NCBI GenBank assembly: GCA_965262365.1
Contig: OZ253541.1
Span: 1,092,614-1,156,613, forward strand
DNA length: 64,000 nt
DNA from: Candidatus Rariloculaceae bacterium
GTDB lineage: Bacteria; Pseudomonadota; Gammaproteobacteria; Steroidobacterales; Rariloculaceae
Reading direction: 5' to 3'
The position numbers were made by a program, and so were the translations under genes. The notes under the pieces were generated by a model that saw nothing but the letters and a program-made list of their open reading frames with translations, was not told the origin of the DNA and made no database searches. Of the stretch, positions 44,355 through 57,623 are shown piece after piece (position 1 is the first letter of the stretch; every line of letters starts with the position of its first letter).

Positions 44355-44939
44355 ATGTCATTCTCAATCGTCCCCATCGGCACCGCCGCTTCGCTCGTTC
44401 TGGCGTTCATCGTGGTGCTTCTTCTCGCAATCGGCGCGGTGACGATTGCTGTCACACGCAAACGGCTCGAAATTACATCGCCGGCCGCCTGGTCCGCGAT
44501 TATCCTTGGTGGCGCTTTGCCGTTTGTTCTGGCGTTCGGCTGCGGATATTTCCTTTTCGGCGGACACCTCTCCAACGCCACGCTCGCAGAAGGCGTACTT
44601 CAGATCAACATACCGATCTATGGCCGGAGCATTCCGCTCGATCGCATCGATCTTGCAAGCCCCCTCGTCATCGACATGACCGCAAGCCAGGAGGTGCGGC
44701 TCACACTCCGCACCAATGGGTTCGGCGTGCCAGGTTACGTGCTGGGCTGGTTTCGGGTCGGCAGGGAAGGCCGGGCGCTGGTCGCGCTCACCGACCGCTC
44801 GTCCGTCGCCTGGGTGCGCCTCACCGACGGGACGAGTTTGCTCTTCAGCCTCCGCGACCCGGATGCCTTTCTCGATGCCTTGCAGGCGGCGGGCGACGGG
44901 CCTGATGAGGCCCAACAGTCTCCCTACGGCTTTCCCTAG
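44355..44939 (+). CDS. membrane protein with a C-terminal bacterial PH-like domain
   Basis: ATG 44355. Two TM segments, then NGFGVPGYVLGWFRVGREGRALVALTDRSSVAWVRLTDGTSLLFSLRDPDAFL. Confidence 0.5.
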   Translation: MSFSIVPIGTAASLVLAFIVVLLLAIGAVTIAVTRKRLEITSPAAWSAIILGGALPFVLAFGCGYFLFGGHLSNATLAEGVLQINIPIYGRSIPLDRIDLASPLVIDMTASQEVRLTLRTNGFGVPGYVLGWFRVGREGRALVALTDRSSVAWVRLTDGTSLLFSLRDPDAFLDALQAAGDGPDEAQQSPYGFP

Positions 44940-44988
44940 GTCGCCGCAGTCCCGACGGCGTGGCTCAGAACCGCCCGGGGGCGTTGGC

Positions 44989-46080
44989 TCACCACCCGTA
45001 GCGCACCGACAGCCCGACGCTGTGGTGGTTGATCTGCGCGCGCGTTGCCGCCAGATCGAGTGGTAGTGTGCGGCTGCCGTCCCGCCACTCAACCCGCCCG
45101 GCGCCTTCTGCCGTGACCACATCGCCCTGGTCCGCGTATCGCCACGTCACATCCAGAACTGTTCGTTCCGACAGTGCCCGGGAGAACCCCGCCGTCACCG
45201 TCCACGCCCACTCCGTGCTCGCGGCGCCCGGCACAATCGTGTCGGTTCTGGGGAACCTCATCCGCGTCTCGCCCAGTCGGTGCCGCGCCCGCCCGATGCC
45301 CACGCCCGCGAACGGGTGGAACCCGGCGATTCCGCGCTCTCCGGGCGTGGGCAAATCGAATTCCGCCTCGATCAGTCCCGACAGCGAGGATCCCTCCACC
45401 GTGACCGATTGCTCCCGCGTTGGCTCCAGGAAATTCGCCTCGCCCCCGAACAACACTACCGGTCGGTACGTCGCCCGAATCTGCAGCCTGACGGCCGGTC
45501 TGACGGCGTAGCCTACGCCGAATTCAATTGCGCCGGAGGACGCGAAATCACCGGCCGAGCGCAGGGGGTTTCCGTCCCCGCCGGTCCCGCAACCGTACAA
45601 CGCCGCGGGCATCTCCCGCGCGCAGTCCGTGTCCGTAAAGTGCGCCGACGCGTCAAGGGCGATACCGACCCCGGTCCGCAGGTACCCCTCCGCCGACGCC
45701 GTGCTGCCCGTCAGCGCTGCCGCAGCGTACAGCCACGCTGCGGCGCGCGTCGTCGCGACCGGGTGCCGCGCTTGCCGCCGGGGGGGCGGCGCCTCGTGGG
45801 TGTGCAACTCCACGCACGCATCGGAACGCAGCCGCTCCGGTGGCACGGTCTCGGGGTCGTCCCAAGAGAGCGTGAGGACGCGGCCGGTGCGTGCGCCGAT
45901 GCTGTCCGCCCATCGGAACAGCTGCTCGAAACAGGGGCCTACCTTCGTGTATGGACCGACGTGGCGGACGCGCACCACGTGGATTGGCTTGAAGGTCTTG
46001 ATCTGAACGTCGATGACAGCGTCTCCGTGCCGCATGCCGGCTCGTGCAGGCCGGGATACGGGAGAGGCATCGTACCGCAA
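44989..46080 (-). CDS. chimeric ORF: truncated GyrI-like (SbmC-type) domain fused in frame to an outer-membrane beta-barrel protein
   Basis: Residues ~20-90 (VQIKTFKPIHVVRVRHVGPYTKVGPCFEQLFRWADS...WDDPETVPPERLRSDACVEL) align to the first half of SbmC. From AAAWLYAAAALTGSTASA on, the sequence is a signal peptide plus barrel ending VGLSVRYGW. An in-frame TTG in VELHT could be the native OMP start. Confidence 0.6.
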   Translation of the reverse strand: MRYDASPVSRPARAGMRHGDAVIDVQIKTFKPIHVVRVRHVGPYTKVGPCFEQLFRWADSIGARTGRVLTLSWDDPETVPPERLRSDACVELHTHEAPPPRRQARHPVATTRAAAWLYAAAALTGSTASAEGYLRTGVGIALDASAHFTDTDCAREMPAALYGCGTGGDGNPLRSAGDFASSGAIEFGVGYAVRPAVRLQIRATYRPVVLFGGEANFLEPTREQSVTVEGSSLSGLIEAEFDLPTPGERGIAGFHPFAGVGIGRARHRLGETRMRFPRTDTIVPGAASTEWAWTVTAGFSRALSERTVLDVTWRYADQGDVVTAEGAGRVEWRDGSRTLPLDLAATRAQINHHSVGLSVRYGW

Positions 46081-46470
46081 TCGTTTGGTCTCGGCCGCCC
46101 TCGTCGGCTATACGCAACGGTACTGGATCGAACATCAAATCCGGCCGGGGCCAGACTCGACCTCTGACGAGATAATCAAGGGGAGCCAAAAAAGTGTGCC
46201 CCCGTATACTTCGTTGAGCTCGGCATTGCGCGTTCTCCATGTCAATTGCAGCGGGCCTCGAGCGCTCACCAAGACTACGCCGCCGTGGACACCCCTCGGA
46301 TTCTGTCCCCTGTGCGGACGGCGTTTACAAAGCGCAATTTACTGCCCCTTTCTGTCCGCGGCGACCGCGAAGAGTAGATGCGGGCGCGAACGTCAACCTG
46401 AAATGTTCACGTAACGTATTGGTTGTTATTAATAAAATGTTGTTCGCGCGAAGTGGCGCGTGGGAAGGGG

Positions 46471-46546
46471 TGGCTCCCCGGGCCGGACTCGAACCAGCGA
46501 CCAATCGGTTAACAGCCGACCGCTCTACCAACTGAGCTACCGGGGA
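46471..46546 (-). tRNA. tRNA-Asn (GTT)
   Basis: The reverse complement folds as TCCCCGG/TA/GCTC-AGTTGGTA-GAGC/G/GTCGG-CTGTTAA-CCGAT/TGGTC/GCTGG-TTCGAGT-CCGGC/CCGGGGA-G-CCA. Confidence 0.9.
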
Positions 46547-46872
46547 ACATTGATCAACGGGGGCGCATTCTGAAAGAACCCCCTCTCGAAGTCAAGGATA
46601 AGAATATAATCACTCGTAAAATCAGATAAATAAAACTATAAGTTAATCTATATTGTGAATATAATTATCCTGTCAACTGCGAAATGCAATTCTGCCATGC
46701 TGGCGCCGGACGGTATTCGCAAATTCCCGTCTGCGCAATCCCCGGACTCCTATAATGATCCCGCGCAAGACCGTGGATCCCAATGCCGTGTGTATCTCCC
46801 GCCGTCCGCCGCCTTTCCATTCAATCTCATAGCCCGTTATCTTTAGGCGTTTACTTCAGGCACCAAACACAT

Positions 46873-48918
<2,046 letters not shown>

Positions 48919-48996
48919 CCAGACCAACCACGGCGGTTACAATCGCCGTGGCCATACTTGAGTACTGTGACCGGAAATGGTTATTGTTCGCACCAC

Positions 48997-49071
48997 AGGC
49001 GCGTAGCTCAGCGGTAGAGCACCACCTTGACATGGTGGGGGTCGGTGGTTCGATCCCACTCGCGCCTACCA
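48997..49071 (+). tRNA. tRNA-Val (GAC)
   Basis: AGGCGCG/TA/GCTC-AGCGGTA-GAGC/A/CCACC-TTGACAT-GGTGG/GGGTC/GGTGG-TTCGATC-CCACT/CGCGCCT-A-CCA. Confidence 0.9.
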
Positions 49072-49364
49072 GTTGACGGGATCGGGGGCCGGTGCCTCCG
49101 ATCCCACACTGGGCGTCAGTTCGATCCGCTGACCATGGGAACCGGGCTGAGGTGAGATTCTTGCCGAGAACGGCAGATTCTTGCTCTTGTGCAGGTCGGG
49201 CCTGAGACTTACAATCTCGTGCCGCCCGTGGTGGTAGAATGAATCAAGTACGGGTGCTGAATATCAGACGGCCGTCGGCGATTCCAGGCGAGAGGCAGCG
49301 AATGTCCTCGACCGGCGCCACGGCCGCTATTTATTACGGGTTTAGGTAACAGGGAGCACAAACT

Positions 49365-49883
49365 ATCGTTCTCACGAAGCGTATTCGACGCAACGACGAG
49401 ATCACCGTCCTTCAAGTACGGGTTATCGCAACGGACGGCGAACAGGTTGGGATCCTGCCCATAGATGACGCGCTGGAACTGGCGCAGAACGAGAGTCTGG
49501 ATCTGGTGGAGGTGGCGCCGAACTCGGATCCTCCGGTTTGCCGAATCATGGATTACGGCAAGTTCGTATTCGAGCAGCGAAAGAAGGCTCAGTCGGGGCG
49601 GCGCAAGCAGAAACAGATTCACGTCAAGGAAGTCAAGTTTCGACCGGGTACCGAGGAAGGGGACTACCAGGTCAAACTGAGAAACCTGATTCGATTTCTC
49701 ACCTCCGGCGACAAGACGAAGGTGACCCTGCGCTTCAGGGGACGGGAGATGGCGCACCAGGAACTGGGTGTACAGTTACTTGAGCGCGTCCAGAACGACC
49801 TGCGGGAATACGGTGTTGTTGAACAGTTTCCGCAACTTGAACACCGGCAGATGGTCATGATCATCGCGCCAAGGAAACATTGA
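49365..49883 (+). CDS. infC: translation initiation factor IF-3, non-AUG start
   Basis: ...[23 protein letters not shown]...[12 protein letters not shown]...[22 protein letters not shown]...[10 protein letters not shown]. There is no ATG/GTG/TTG between the in-frame TAA (49347) and the conserved N-domain. ATC 49365 lies 8 nt after AGGGAG, and ATT 49383 is an alternative. Confidence 0.85.
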   Translation: MVLTKRIRRNDEITVLQVRVIATDGEQVGILPIDDALELAQNESLDLVEVAPNSDPPVCRIMDYGKFVFEQRKKAQSGRRKQKQIHVKEVKFRPGTEEGDYQVKLRNLIRFLTSGDKTKVTLRFRGREMAHQELGVQLLERVQNDLREYGVVEQFPQLEHRQMVMIIAPRKH

Positions 49884-49915
49884 CGGTGATGATCGGGCTC
49901 CACCAGGAGAGAGCA

Positions 49916-50113
49916 ATGCCGAAGCTGAAGACAAATCGCGGAGCCGCCAAGCGGTTCAGCCGTACGGGGAAGGGAGGCTACAAACGTGGCCAGTCCTACC
50001 TCAATCACATGCTGACCAAGAAGAGTTCGAAGCGTAAGCGTCAACTCGGCAAGACGCTGCAGGTCGCCGACGCGGATGCCAAGGCGGTCCGCAAGTTGTT
50101 GCCCTATAGCTGA
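49916..50113 (+). CDS. rpmI: 50S ribosomal protein L35
   Basis: [14 protein letters not shown]..., with AGGAGAG upstream. Confidence 0.95.
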   Translation: MPKLKTNRGAAKRFSRTGKGGYKRGQSYLNHMLTKKSSKRKRQLGKTLQVADADAKAVRKLLPYS

Positions 50114-50121
50114 GGTGATTC

Positions 50122-51491
<1,370 letters not shown>

Positions 51492-51501
51492 GGGTTGAGT
51501 C

Positions 51502-53565
51502 ATGCGCATCGATATCGAGTGGCTCGGCGAAATGCTCCAGCGGGAACTGGACCCGGAGCAGCTTGCAGAGCAGTTGACCCTCGGCGGCCTGGAAGTCGAA
51601 TCCGTGCGGCTGTCCGGAACTGACGCGGGCGATGGCGCGACGGTGGATGGCGACGTTCTCGACTTTGAACTGACGCCAAACAGAGGCGATTGTTTCAGCG
51701 TCCTGGGGATCGCCCGGGAGGTGTCCGCGCTCGGCGGAACGCGCCTGGAACCACCGGCCTTTGCGCAGGTGTCCGCGGCCGTGGAGGACACCTTTCCGGT
51801 GACACTGGATTCGCCGCCGGCCTGCCCGCGCTTCGCCGGCCGCGTGATTCGCAACATCGAGCCGGGAAACCGCTCTCCCGAATGGCTCAGGTTGCGCCTG
51901 GAGCGAGCGGGTCTGCGCGCGTTGCACCCGGTCGTGGACGTCACAAACTATGTGATGCTGGAACTGGGTCAGCCGCTTCATGGCTATGATCTGCAAGCGC
52001 TCAGCGGTGGCATTTCCGTCCGATTTGCCGAAGACGGCGAACCACTGACGCTGCTGGATGGCAATCGCATCACCCTGCAACCCGATGTATTGGTCATCGC
52101 GGACGATTCGGGCGCGATCGGGCTCGCGGGCATCATGGGCGGGCAGGGTACTGCGGTGTCGGATACCACCCGGGACGTCTTTCTGGAATCGGCGTACTTT
52201 TCGCCGGGGTCGATAGCGGGGCGCCCGCGGCGGTTTGGATTGCATACGGACGCGTCCTTGCGATTCGAGCGTGGCGTGGATCCTGTTCAACAGCGCCGTG
52301 CGATCGAACGGGCGACGGCTTTGCTGCTGGACACTGCGGGCGGTGAGCCGGGTCCGATCGTCGAGGAAGTGGCCGCGAACGAATTGCCGAGCAGAAACCC
52401 CGTTTTCCTGCGGCTGGAGCGGCTGAACTCGATTCTCGGGACGCGGCTGGAGCCTGCCGATGTACAAACGCAGCTTGACCTGCTCCACATTGCCGCCACG
52501 CAAGAGAACGGCGGTTGGACCGCCGTGCCTCCGGAATTTCGCTTTGATCTGGAGATCGAGGAAGACCTGGTAGAAGAGATCGGTCGCATGACCGGCTATG
52601 ACAATATCCCCGTGGTCGCTGAACGCAGTCCGCGGCACGTCGGGAGCGTAACCGAAGCGGTGGTATCCGAGGAACGCATCGCCGACACGCTCTGTTCGCG
52701 CGGATACTCCGAAGTTGTGACCTACGGCTTCGTCGACGAAGAGTTGGCGGACGCGGTCAATCCCGGCGCAAACCATGTGCGCCTGACAAACCCGTTGTCG
52801 CAGGAGATGGGGGTCATGCGCCAGTCTCTCTGGCCGGGGCTCCTGGTTGCCGCGCAGCACAACAGAAGCCGACAACAGGCGCGGGTACGCCTGTTCGAGA
52901 TCGGCACCCAGTTCGCCCCTGGCGACGACGGCGTTCGCGAGAGCCGGGTCCTGGCCGGCCTCGCGATCGGCGCACACCGGCCAGAGCATTGGGAGGGCGG
53001 CGGTCGTGAAGTGGACTTTTTCGACGTCAAGTCCGACATGGAGGCGATATTGGCGTTGGCAGGCCGAGTCGCAGACGTGGCGTTTTGCCGGGCTGAACAC
53101 CCGGCGCTCGCCGCTGGCCAGAGTGCGCGGCTGACGCTGGGAGACGAAGGCGTCGGCTGGCTCGGCGTCCTGCATCCTCGCCTGCAGGGCAGGATGGCCT
53201 GGAAAAGGCCCGCGATCCTGTTTGCGATGCGACTGGATCAAACCTCCCGAGCCGGAATTCCCAGGTACAGGGAGTATTCGAAGTTTCCCTCCCTGCGACG
53301 GGACATTGCGGTCGTGGTCGACGGCGACGTTTCGGCCGACCGGTTGCTGGAGTGCGTTCGCCAGGCGACGGGAGACGTGCTGAGCAGTGTGGGAATTTTC
53401 GACGTCTACCGCGGCAAGGGAATAGATTCAGGACGAAAAAGTGTCGCTTTTGGCTTGATTTTACAGGACAGATCACGCACGCTTACTGACGCGGAAGCAG
53501 ACTGGATCGTGTCATCCACCACGCGGAAACTGGAGCACGAACTCAAGGCGACCATCAGGGAATAG
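51502..53565 (+). CDS. pheT: phenylalanine--tRNA ligase beta subunit, short form lacking the N-terminal OB-fold tRNA-binding (B2) domain
   Basis: 687 aa. [37 protein letters not shown] joins what in my recollection of E. coli PheT are residues ~35 and ~150. The B3/4, B5, catalytic-like and FDX-ACB regions are present. Confidence 0.9.
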   Translation: MRIDIEWLGEMLQRELDPEQLAEQLTLGGLEVESVRLSGTDAGDGATVDGDVLDFELTPNRGDCFSVLGIAREVSALGGTRLEPPAFAQVSAAVEDTFPVTLDSPPACPRFAGRVIRNIEPGNRSPEWLRLRLERAGLRALHPVVDVTNYVMLELGQPLHGYDLQALSGGISVRFAEDGEPLTLLDGNRITLQPDVLVIADDSGAIGLAGIMGGQGTAVSDTTRDVFLESAYFSPGSIAGRPRRFGLHTDASLRFERGVDPVQQRRAIERATALLLDTAGGEPGPIVEEVAANELPSRNPVFLRLERLNSILGTRLEPADVQTQLDLLHIAATQENGGWTAVPPEFRFDLEIEEDLVEEIGRMTGYDNIPVVAERSPRHVGSVTEAVVSEERIADTLCSRGYSEVVTYGFVDEELADAVNPGANHVRLTNPLSQEMGVMRQSLWPGLLVAAQHNRSRQQARVRLFEIGTQFAPGDDGVRESRVLAGLAIGAHRPEHWEGGGREVDFFDVKSDMEAILALAGRVADVAFCRAEHPALAAGQSARLTLGDEGVGWLGVLHPRLQGRMAWKRPAILFAMRLDQTSRAGIPRYREYSKFPSLRRDIAVVVDGDVSADRLLECVRQATGDVLSSVGIFDVYRGKGIDSGRKSVAFGLILQDRSRTLTDAEADWIVSSTTRKLEHELKATIRE

Positions 53566-53575
53566 GCTGTCATCC

Positions 53576-53878
53576 ATGGCGTCATTGACCAAGGCGAAAA
53601 TGGCTGAATCGTTGTTCAACGAACTTGGCCTGAACAAGCGGGAAGCGCGCGAGTTGGTGGATACGTTCTTCGAGGACCTGAGAGTGTCCCTTTCGAGCGG
53701 CGAGCAAGTCAAACTGTCCGGATTCGGCAATTTCGACCTGCGGGACAAGAATCAGAGACCCGGACGCAATCCGAAGACCGGTGAGGAAATTCCCATCACT
53801 GCGCGGCGGGTGGTTACCTTCCACCCCGGCCAGAAGCTGAAGGCGCGAGTCGAAGTCTATGCTGGAACCAGGGGATAA
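53576..53878 (+). CDS. ihfA: integration host factor alpha subunit
   Basis: [30 protein letters not shown]...[26 protein letters not shown]. Confidence 0.95.
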   Translation: MASLTKAKMAESLFNELGLNKREARELVDTFFEDLRVSLSSGEQVKLSGFGNFDLRDKNQRPGRNPKTGEEIPITARRVVTFHPGQKLKARVEVYAGTRG

Positions 53879-54215
53879 CGCGGAACTTCCGCCGATTCCG
53901 GGTAAGCGCTACTTCACCATCGGCGAAGTAAGTGAGTTATGTGCGGTCAAGCCCCACGTACTGCGCTACTGGGAGCAGGAATTCCCGCAGCTCAAACCGG
54001 TGAAGCGCCGCGGCAATCGCCGCTACTACCAGCGGCAGGATGTCCTCATCATCCGTCAGATTCGCAGTCTCCTGTATTCCGAGGGCTTCACGATCGGTGG
54101 AGCGCGACAGAAGCTGGCCGGAGACGAAGCGCGCACCGACGTCAGCCAGAGCCAGCAAATCATCCGCCAGGTGCGTTCCGAACTCGAGGACGTACTGCGA
54201 TTGTTGCGGCGATAG
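53859..54215 (+). CDS. MerR-family transcriptional regulator
   Basis: [40 protein letters not shown]. It overlaps the ihfA 3' end by 20 nt. Confidence 0.85.
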   Translation: MLEPGDNAELPPIPGKRYFTIGEVSELCAVKPHVLRYWEQEFPQLKPVKRRGNRRYYQRQDVLIIRQIRSLLYSEGFTIGGARQKLAGDEARTDVSQSQQIIRQVRSELEDVLRLLRR

Positions 54216-54345
54216 CCCGTATTACACGCTCAGGACTACCCCACAGCACGGGCATTTCGCTACACTTACGCCTAGCCTGCACGGCACACCCATGAACGCT
54301 TCGCGCGAGACGCGGGGCGGCCCGGTGAGTTGAGCTGGCACGGGT

Positions 54346-54422
54346 CGGGGTGTGGCGCAGCCTGGTAGCGCACTTGCATGGGGCGCAAGAGGTCGCTGGT
54401 TCAAATCCAGTCGCCCCGACCA
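54346..54422 (+). tRNA. tRNA-Pro (GGG)
   Basis: CGGGGTG/TG/GCGC-AGCCTGGTA-GCGC/A/CTTGC-ATGGGGC-GCAAG/AGGTC/GCTGG-TTCAAAT-CCAGT/CGCCCCG-A-CCA. Confidence 0.9.
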
Positions 54423-54457
54423 CTTTTATCCCCAACGACACTGGCAGGGAAGCGGGT

Positions 54458-56158
54458 ATGGCAGCAAAGACGCCGCGCGAACGCGGCGAAGTCGATCCCA
54501 GACGGCATTCCCGCGTGGTCGTTGACGGCCTGGAGCAGGCTCCGAGCCGGGCCATGCTGCGCGCAGTCGGCTTCAAGGAGGAAGACTTCTCCAAACCACA
54601 GGTCGGTATTGCCTCCACCTGGAGCATGGTGACGCCCTGCAACATGCATATCGACGGGTTGGCGAAACTGGCCGGTGCGTCCGCCGACGAGGCCGGCGGC
54701 AAGAGCGTCATTTTCAATACGATTACAGTGTCAGACGGCATTTCCATGGGCACCCAGGGGATGCGTTATTCGCTGGTTTCTCGAGAGGTCATCGCCGATT
54801 CCATCGAGGCCGTGGCGGCCGCCGAGGGGTTCGACGGACTGGTCGCCATCGGCGGGTGCGACAAGAACATGCCGGGGTGCGTCATGGCGCTGGCGCGGCT
54901 GAACCGGCCCTCGGTATTCGTCTACGGCGGCACGATCCAGCCGGGCCCGAAACACCGCGACTTGGTCTCCGTCTTCGAGGCGGTGGGCGGTGTGGCCGCC
55001 GGAAGGATCAGCGCGGCGGAACTTTTCGAAGTGGAGTCCACGGCCATCCCCGGCCCCGGTTCCTGCGCCGGAATGTACACCGCCAACACCATGGCCTCGG
55101 CGATCGAAGCCCTGGGCATGAGCCTTGCGAACAGCTCCGCTCAGGAAGCTGTCTCCGAGGCCAAGCAGGTTGACTGTCAACGGGCGGGGCGGGCCGTGAT
55201 GCGGCTCCTTGAGCGTGGCATCACGCCGGCGGACATTCTCAGCAAGGAGGCGTTCGAGAACGCCATCGCCACGGTGATCGCCCTGGGCGGATCGACCAAC
55301 GCGGTATTGCATCTGCTGGCCGTCGCCCACGACGCGCAAGTGGATCTGACGCTTGCGGATTTCTCCCGTCTCGGTGAGCGCGTGCCGGTATTGGCGAACC
55401 TCCGTCCCAGCGGGCGTTACATGATGTCCGAACTGATACGGATCGGCGGCATACAACCGCTGATGAAAACGCTGCTGGACGCCGGATTGCTGCACGGTGA
55501 CTGCCTGACCGTGACCGGCCGCACGCTGGCGGAGAACCTCGCGGACGTCGATCCCTACCCGGATGGGCAGATTATCGTTCGGCCGATGTCGGACCCTATC
55601 AAGGTGGACAGTCACCTGGCGATCCTTTACGGGAACCTGGCGCCCGACGGCGCGGTCGCCAAGATTTCCGGCAAGGAAGGCACCGAATTCAGCGGTCCCG
55701 CGCGAGTGTTCGAGTCGGAGGAGGACGCATTGCGCTCGATCCTGGATGGTGTGGTTCAGGCAGGCGACGTGGTGGTGATCCGTAATGAAGGTCCCAAGGG
55801 TGGCCCCGGCATGCGCGAAATGCTGAGCCCCACCGGCGCCATCATCGGCAAGGGACTGGGCGACAAGGTGGCCTTGATCACCGACGGCCGATTTTCGGGC
55901 GGAAGCCACGGCTTCGTGGTCGGGCACGTGGCGCCGGAAGCCGCGGTGGGCGGGCCGCTGGCGGTGGTGCGGGACGGTGACCGCATCTCGATAAACGCCG
56001 AGACGAAAAGGATCGATATCGAGACTTCGGAGGGAGAACTCGAGGAGCGTCTGCGAGCCTGGACCCCGCGTCAGCCGAACGCCACCCGCGGGTTATTGGC
56101 CAAGTACGCAAAATTGGTCAGTTCGGCGTCGCTGGGAGCAGTTACAGACCCGAATTAG
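54458..56158 (+). CDS. ilvD: dihydroxy-acid dehydratase
   Basis: ATG 54458. ...[18 protein letters not shown]...[26 protein letters not shown]...GGCDKNMPG...[11 protein letters not shown]. Confidence 0.95.
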   Translation: MAAKTPRERGEVDPRRHSRVVVDGLEQAPSRAMLRAVGFKEEDFSKPQVGIASTWSMVTPCNMHIDGLAKLAGASADEAGGKSVIFNTITVSDGISMGTQGMRYSLVSREVIADSIEAVAAAEGFDGLVAIGGCDKNMPGCVMALARLNRPSVFVYGGTIQPGPKHRDLVSVFEAVGGVAAGRISAAELFEVESTAIPGPGSCAGMYTANTMASAIEALGMSLANSSAQEAVSEAKQVDCQRAGRAVMRLLERGITPADILSKEAFENAIATVIALGGSTNAVLHLLAVAHDAQVDLTLADFSRLGERVPVLANLRPSGRYMMSELIRIGGIQPLMKTLLDAGLLHGDCLTVTGRTLAENLADVDPYPDGQIIVRPMSDPIKVDSHLAILYGNLAPDGAVAKISGKEGTEFSGPARVFESEEDALRSILDGVVQAGDVVVIRNEGPKGGPGMREMLSPTGAIIGKGLGDKVALITDGRFSGGSHGFVVGHVAPEAAVGGPLAVVRDGDRISINAETKRIDIETSEGELEERLRAWTPRQPNATRGLLAKYAKLVSSASLGAVTDPN

Positions 56159-56313
56159 GCCGATATGCACGACTCGGCACCAAAGCGTACGCCGCAGTTC
56201 ATCGTACATTCTCCCCCGATTCAGCAAGACTGGAAACACGGTGTCAGACGGGAAATAATGCAGAGCACAAGCATTTGACTCTGGCGAATGCGAATAGTGG
56301 TGGATTGAAGGGG

Positions 56314-57273
56314 ATGTTTACCAGGCGGTCGTTGATCGGTGGTAGCGTTGCGGGCGGGCTGATCTGGCCCTGGCTGCGGACCCTTGCGGCAACCCCGGGC
56401 GCCGGGGTCACCGACAGCGAAATTATCCTGGGCATGTCCGCAGCGTTTTCCTGATCCTCCAGGGGACTCGGTATCGAGTTGTACCGGGGCGCCTGGGCGT
56501 ATTTCGAACATGTCAATCGCGCTGGCGGTATTTCGGGCCGGCGGATCGCTCTCAAGCTATACGACGACGGTTATCAGCCGGACGCATCGGTCAACAACAC
56601 CATGAAGCTGATGTTGGAAGACCAGGTGTTTCTCCTGTTCGGCTACGTGGGTACGCCCACCGTGACACGAGTCTTGCCGATCCTGAAGAAGTTCCAGGAC
56701 GAGAACGTCTATCTTTTTTTCCCGTTCACCGGCGCGCAACCCCAGCGGGAACCGCCCTACGGTGAATTCGCGTTCAATCTGCGCGCATCCTACGCCCAGG
56801 AAACCGCTGGGCTGGTGGAGAATTTCGTGCAGGTCGGGCGTCGGCGAATCGCCGTCTTCTACCAGGCGGACGCCTACGGTCGCAGCGGCTGGGCCGGTGT
56901 CAGGGCAGCACTTGCACGGCACGGGGAACGAATCGCAGGAGAAGCCACCTATCGCCGCGGCACGCAGTTCACCGGCACGATGCGCGGGCAGGTGGAGATA
57001 CTTCAGGCCGCCGAACCGGATGCGGTGATTTGTATCGGCGCCTATGCAGCCTGCGCCGCCTTCGCCCGGGATGCCGTCGATCTCGGGTTGCGTGTGCCGA
57101 TCGCGAACCTGTCCTTTGTCGGCAGCGAAAACATGCTCGGGCTGTTGAGCGAGGGCCGCTATCGCGAAGACGCCGAACGCTACACGAGCCTGCTGGTCAA
57201 TTCGCAGGTCGTTCCCAGTTATCACGACACCTCGATACCCGCCGTGCAGGAATACCGGGAATTCCGGAGGTGA
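56314..57273 (+). pseudogene. periplasmic Leu/Ile/Val-type substrate-binding protein gene with an in-frame TGA (56452..56454) and a missing 3' portion
   Basis: MFTRRSLIGGSVAGGLIWPWLRTLAA signal, then VTDSEIILGMSAAFS-TGA-SSRGLGIELYRGAWAYFEHVNRAGGISGRRIALKLYDDGYQP...FGYVGTPT, all in one frame. The ORF ends ~100 aa short of the usual length, right at a junction with unrelated sequence. Confidence 0.7.
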
Positions 57274-57623
57274 TTCTCAACTCGGACCCGAGCGACACTT
57301 CCACCGTGGAACGGCAACTGCCGGGGATGGGGGATTTCGTGGAAGTCAGCCGCCCGATCCTCGCCGGGGTGGCCGGAGCCGTTCACGTGGGCATGGATAC
57401 CGGAATCATTGCACTTCAAGTTCAACGGGCCATTGGCCGGCAGGTCTACCTCATCTCCATTGTCTTCGTCCTGGGTGTCGTGGCCGCGATCTGGCTGGTC
57501 AACCTGGCGGCAAGACCCATCGGCCAGGTGCTGACCTACGCGGTAGCACTGGCACGGGGGGAGGAGGGAGAAGCCGAGTCTGTGGAAAGTGTACTCGGTC
57601 GCAAGGACGAGGCTGGCCATCTT
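57267..57623 (+). pseudogene. fragment of a sensor protein (end of a periplasmic domain, TM helix, first part of HAMP)
   Basis: ...VSRPILAGVAGAVHVGMDTGIIALQVQRAIGRQVYLISIVFVLGVVAAIWLVNLAARPIGQVLTYAVALARGE...GRKDEAGHL. There is no start upstream and no output domain downstream. Confidence 0.55.

Noticed and set aside
46438-46450. TGTTGTTCGCGCG next to tRNA-Asn as a possible solo end of the transposon
   Set aside because: Only the 7-mer TGTTGTT is shared with the transposon ends, and a 7-mer match is expected by chance in 64 kb. The following bases and subterminal repeats do not match.
46547-46872. LexA/SOS box in the AT-rich spacer upstream of uvrB
   Set aside because: No CTGT-N8-ACAG palindrome or other clear dyad was found. 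The AT-rich stretch is probably promoter or island-junction DNA, but I cannot define a site.
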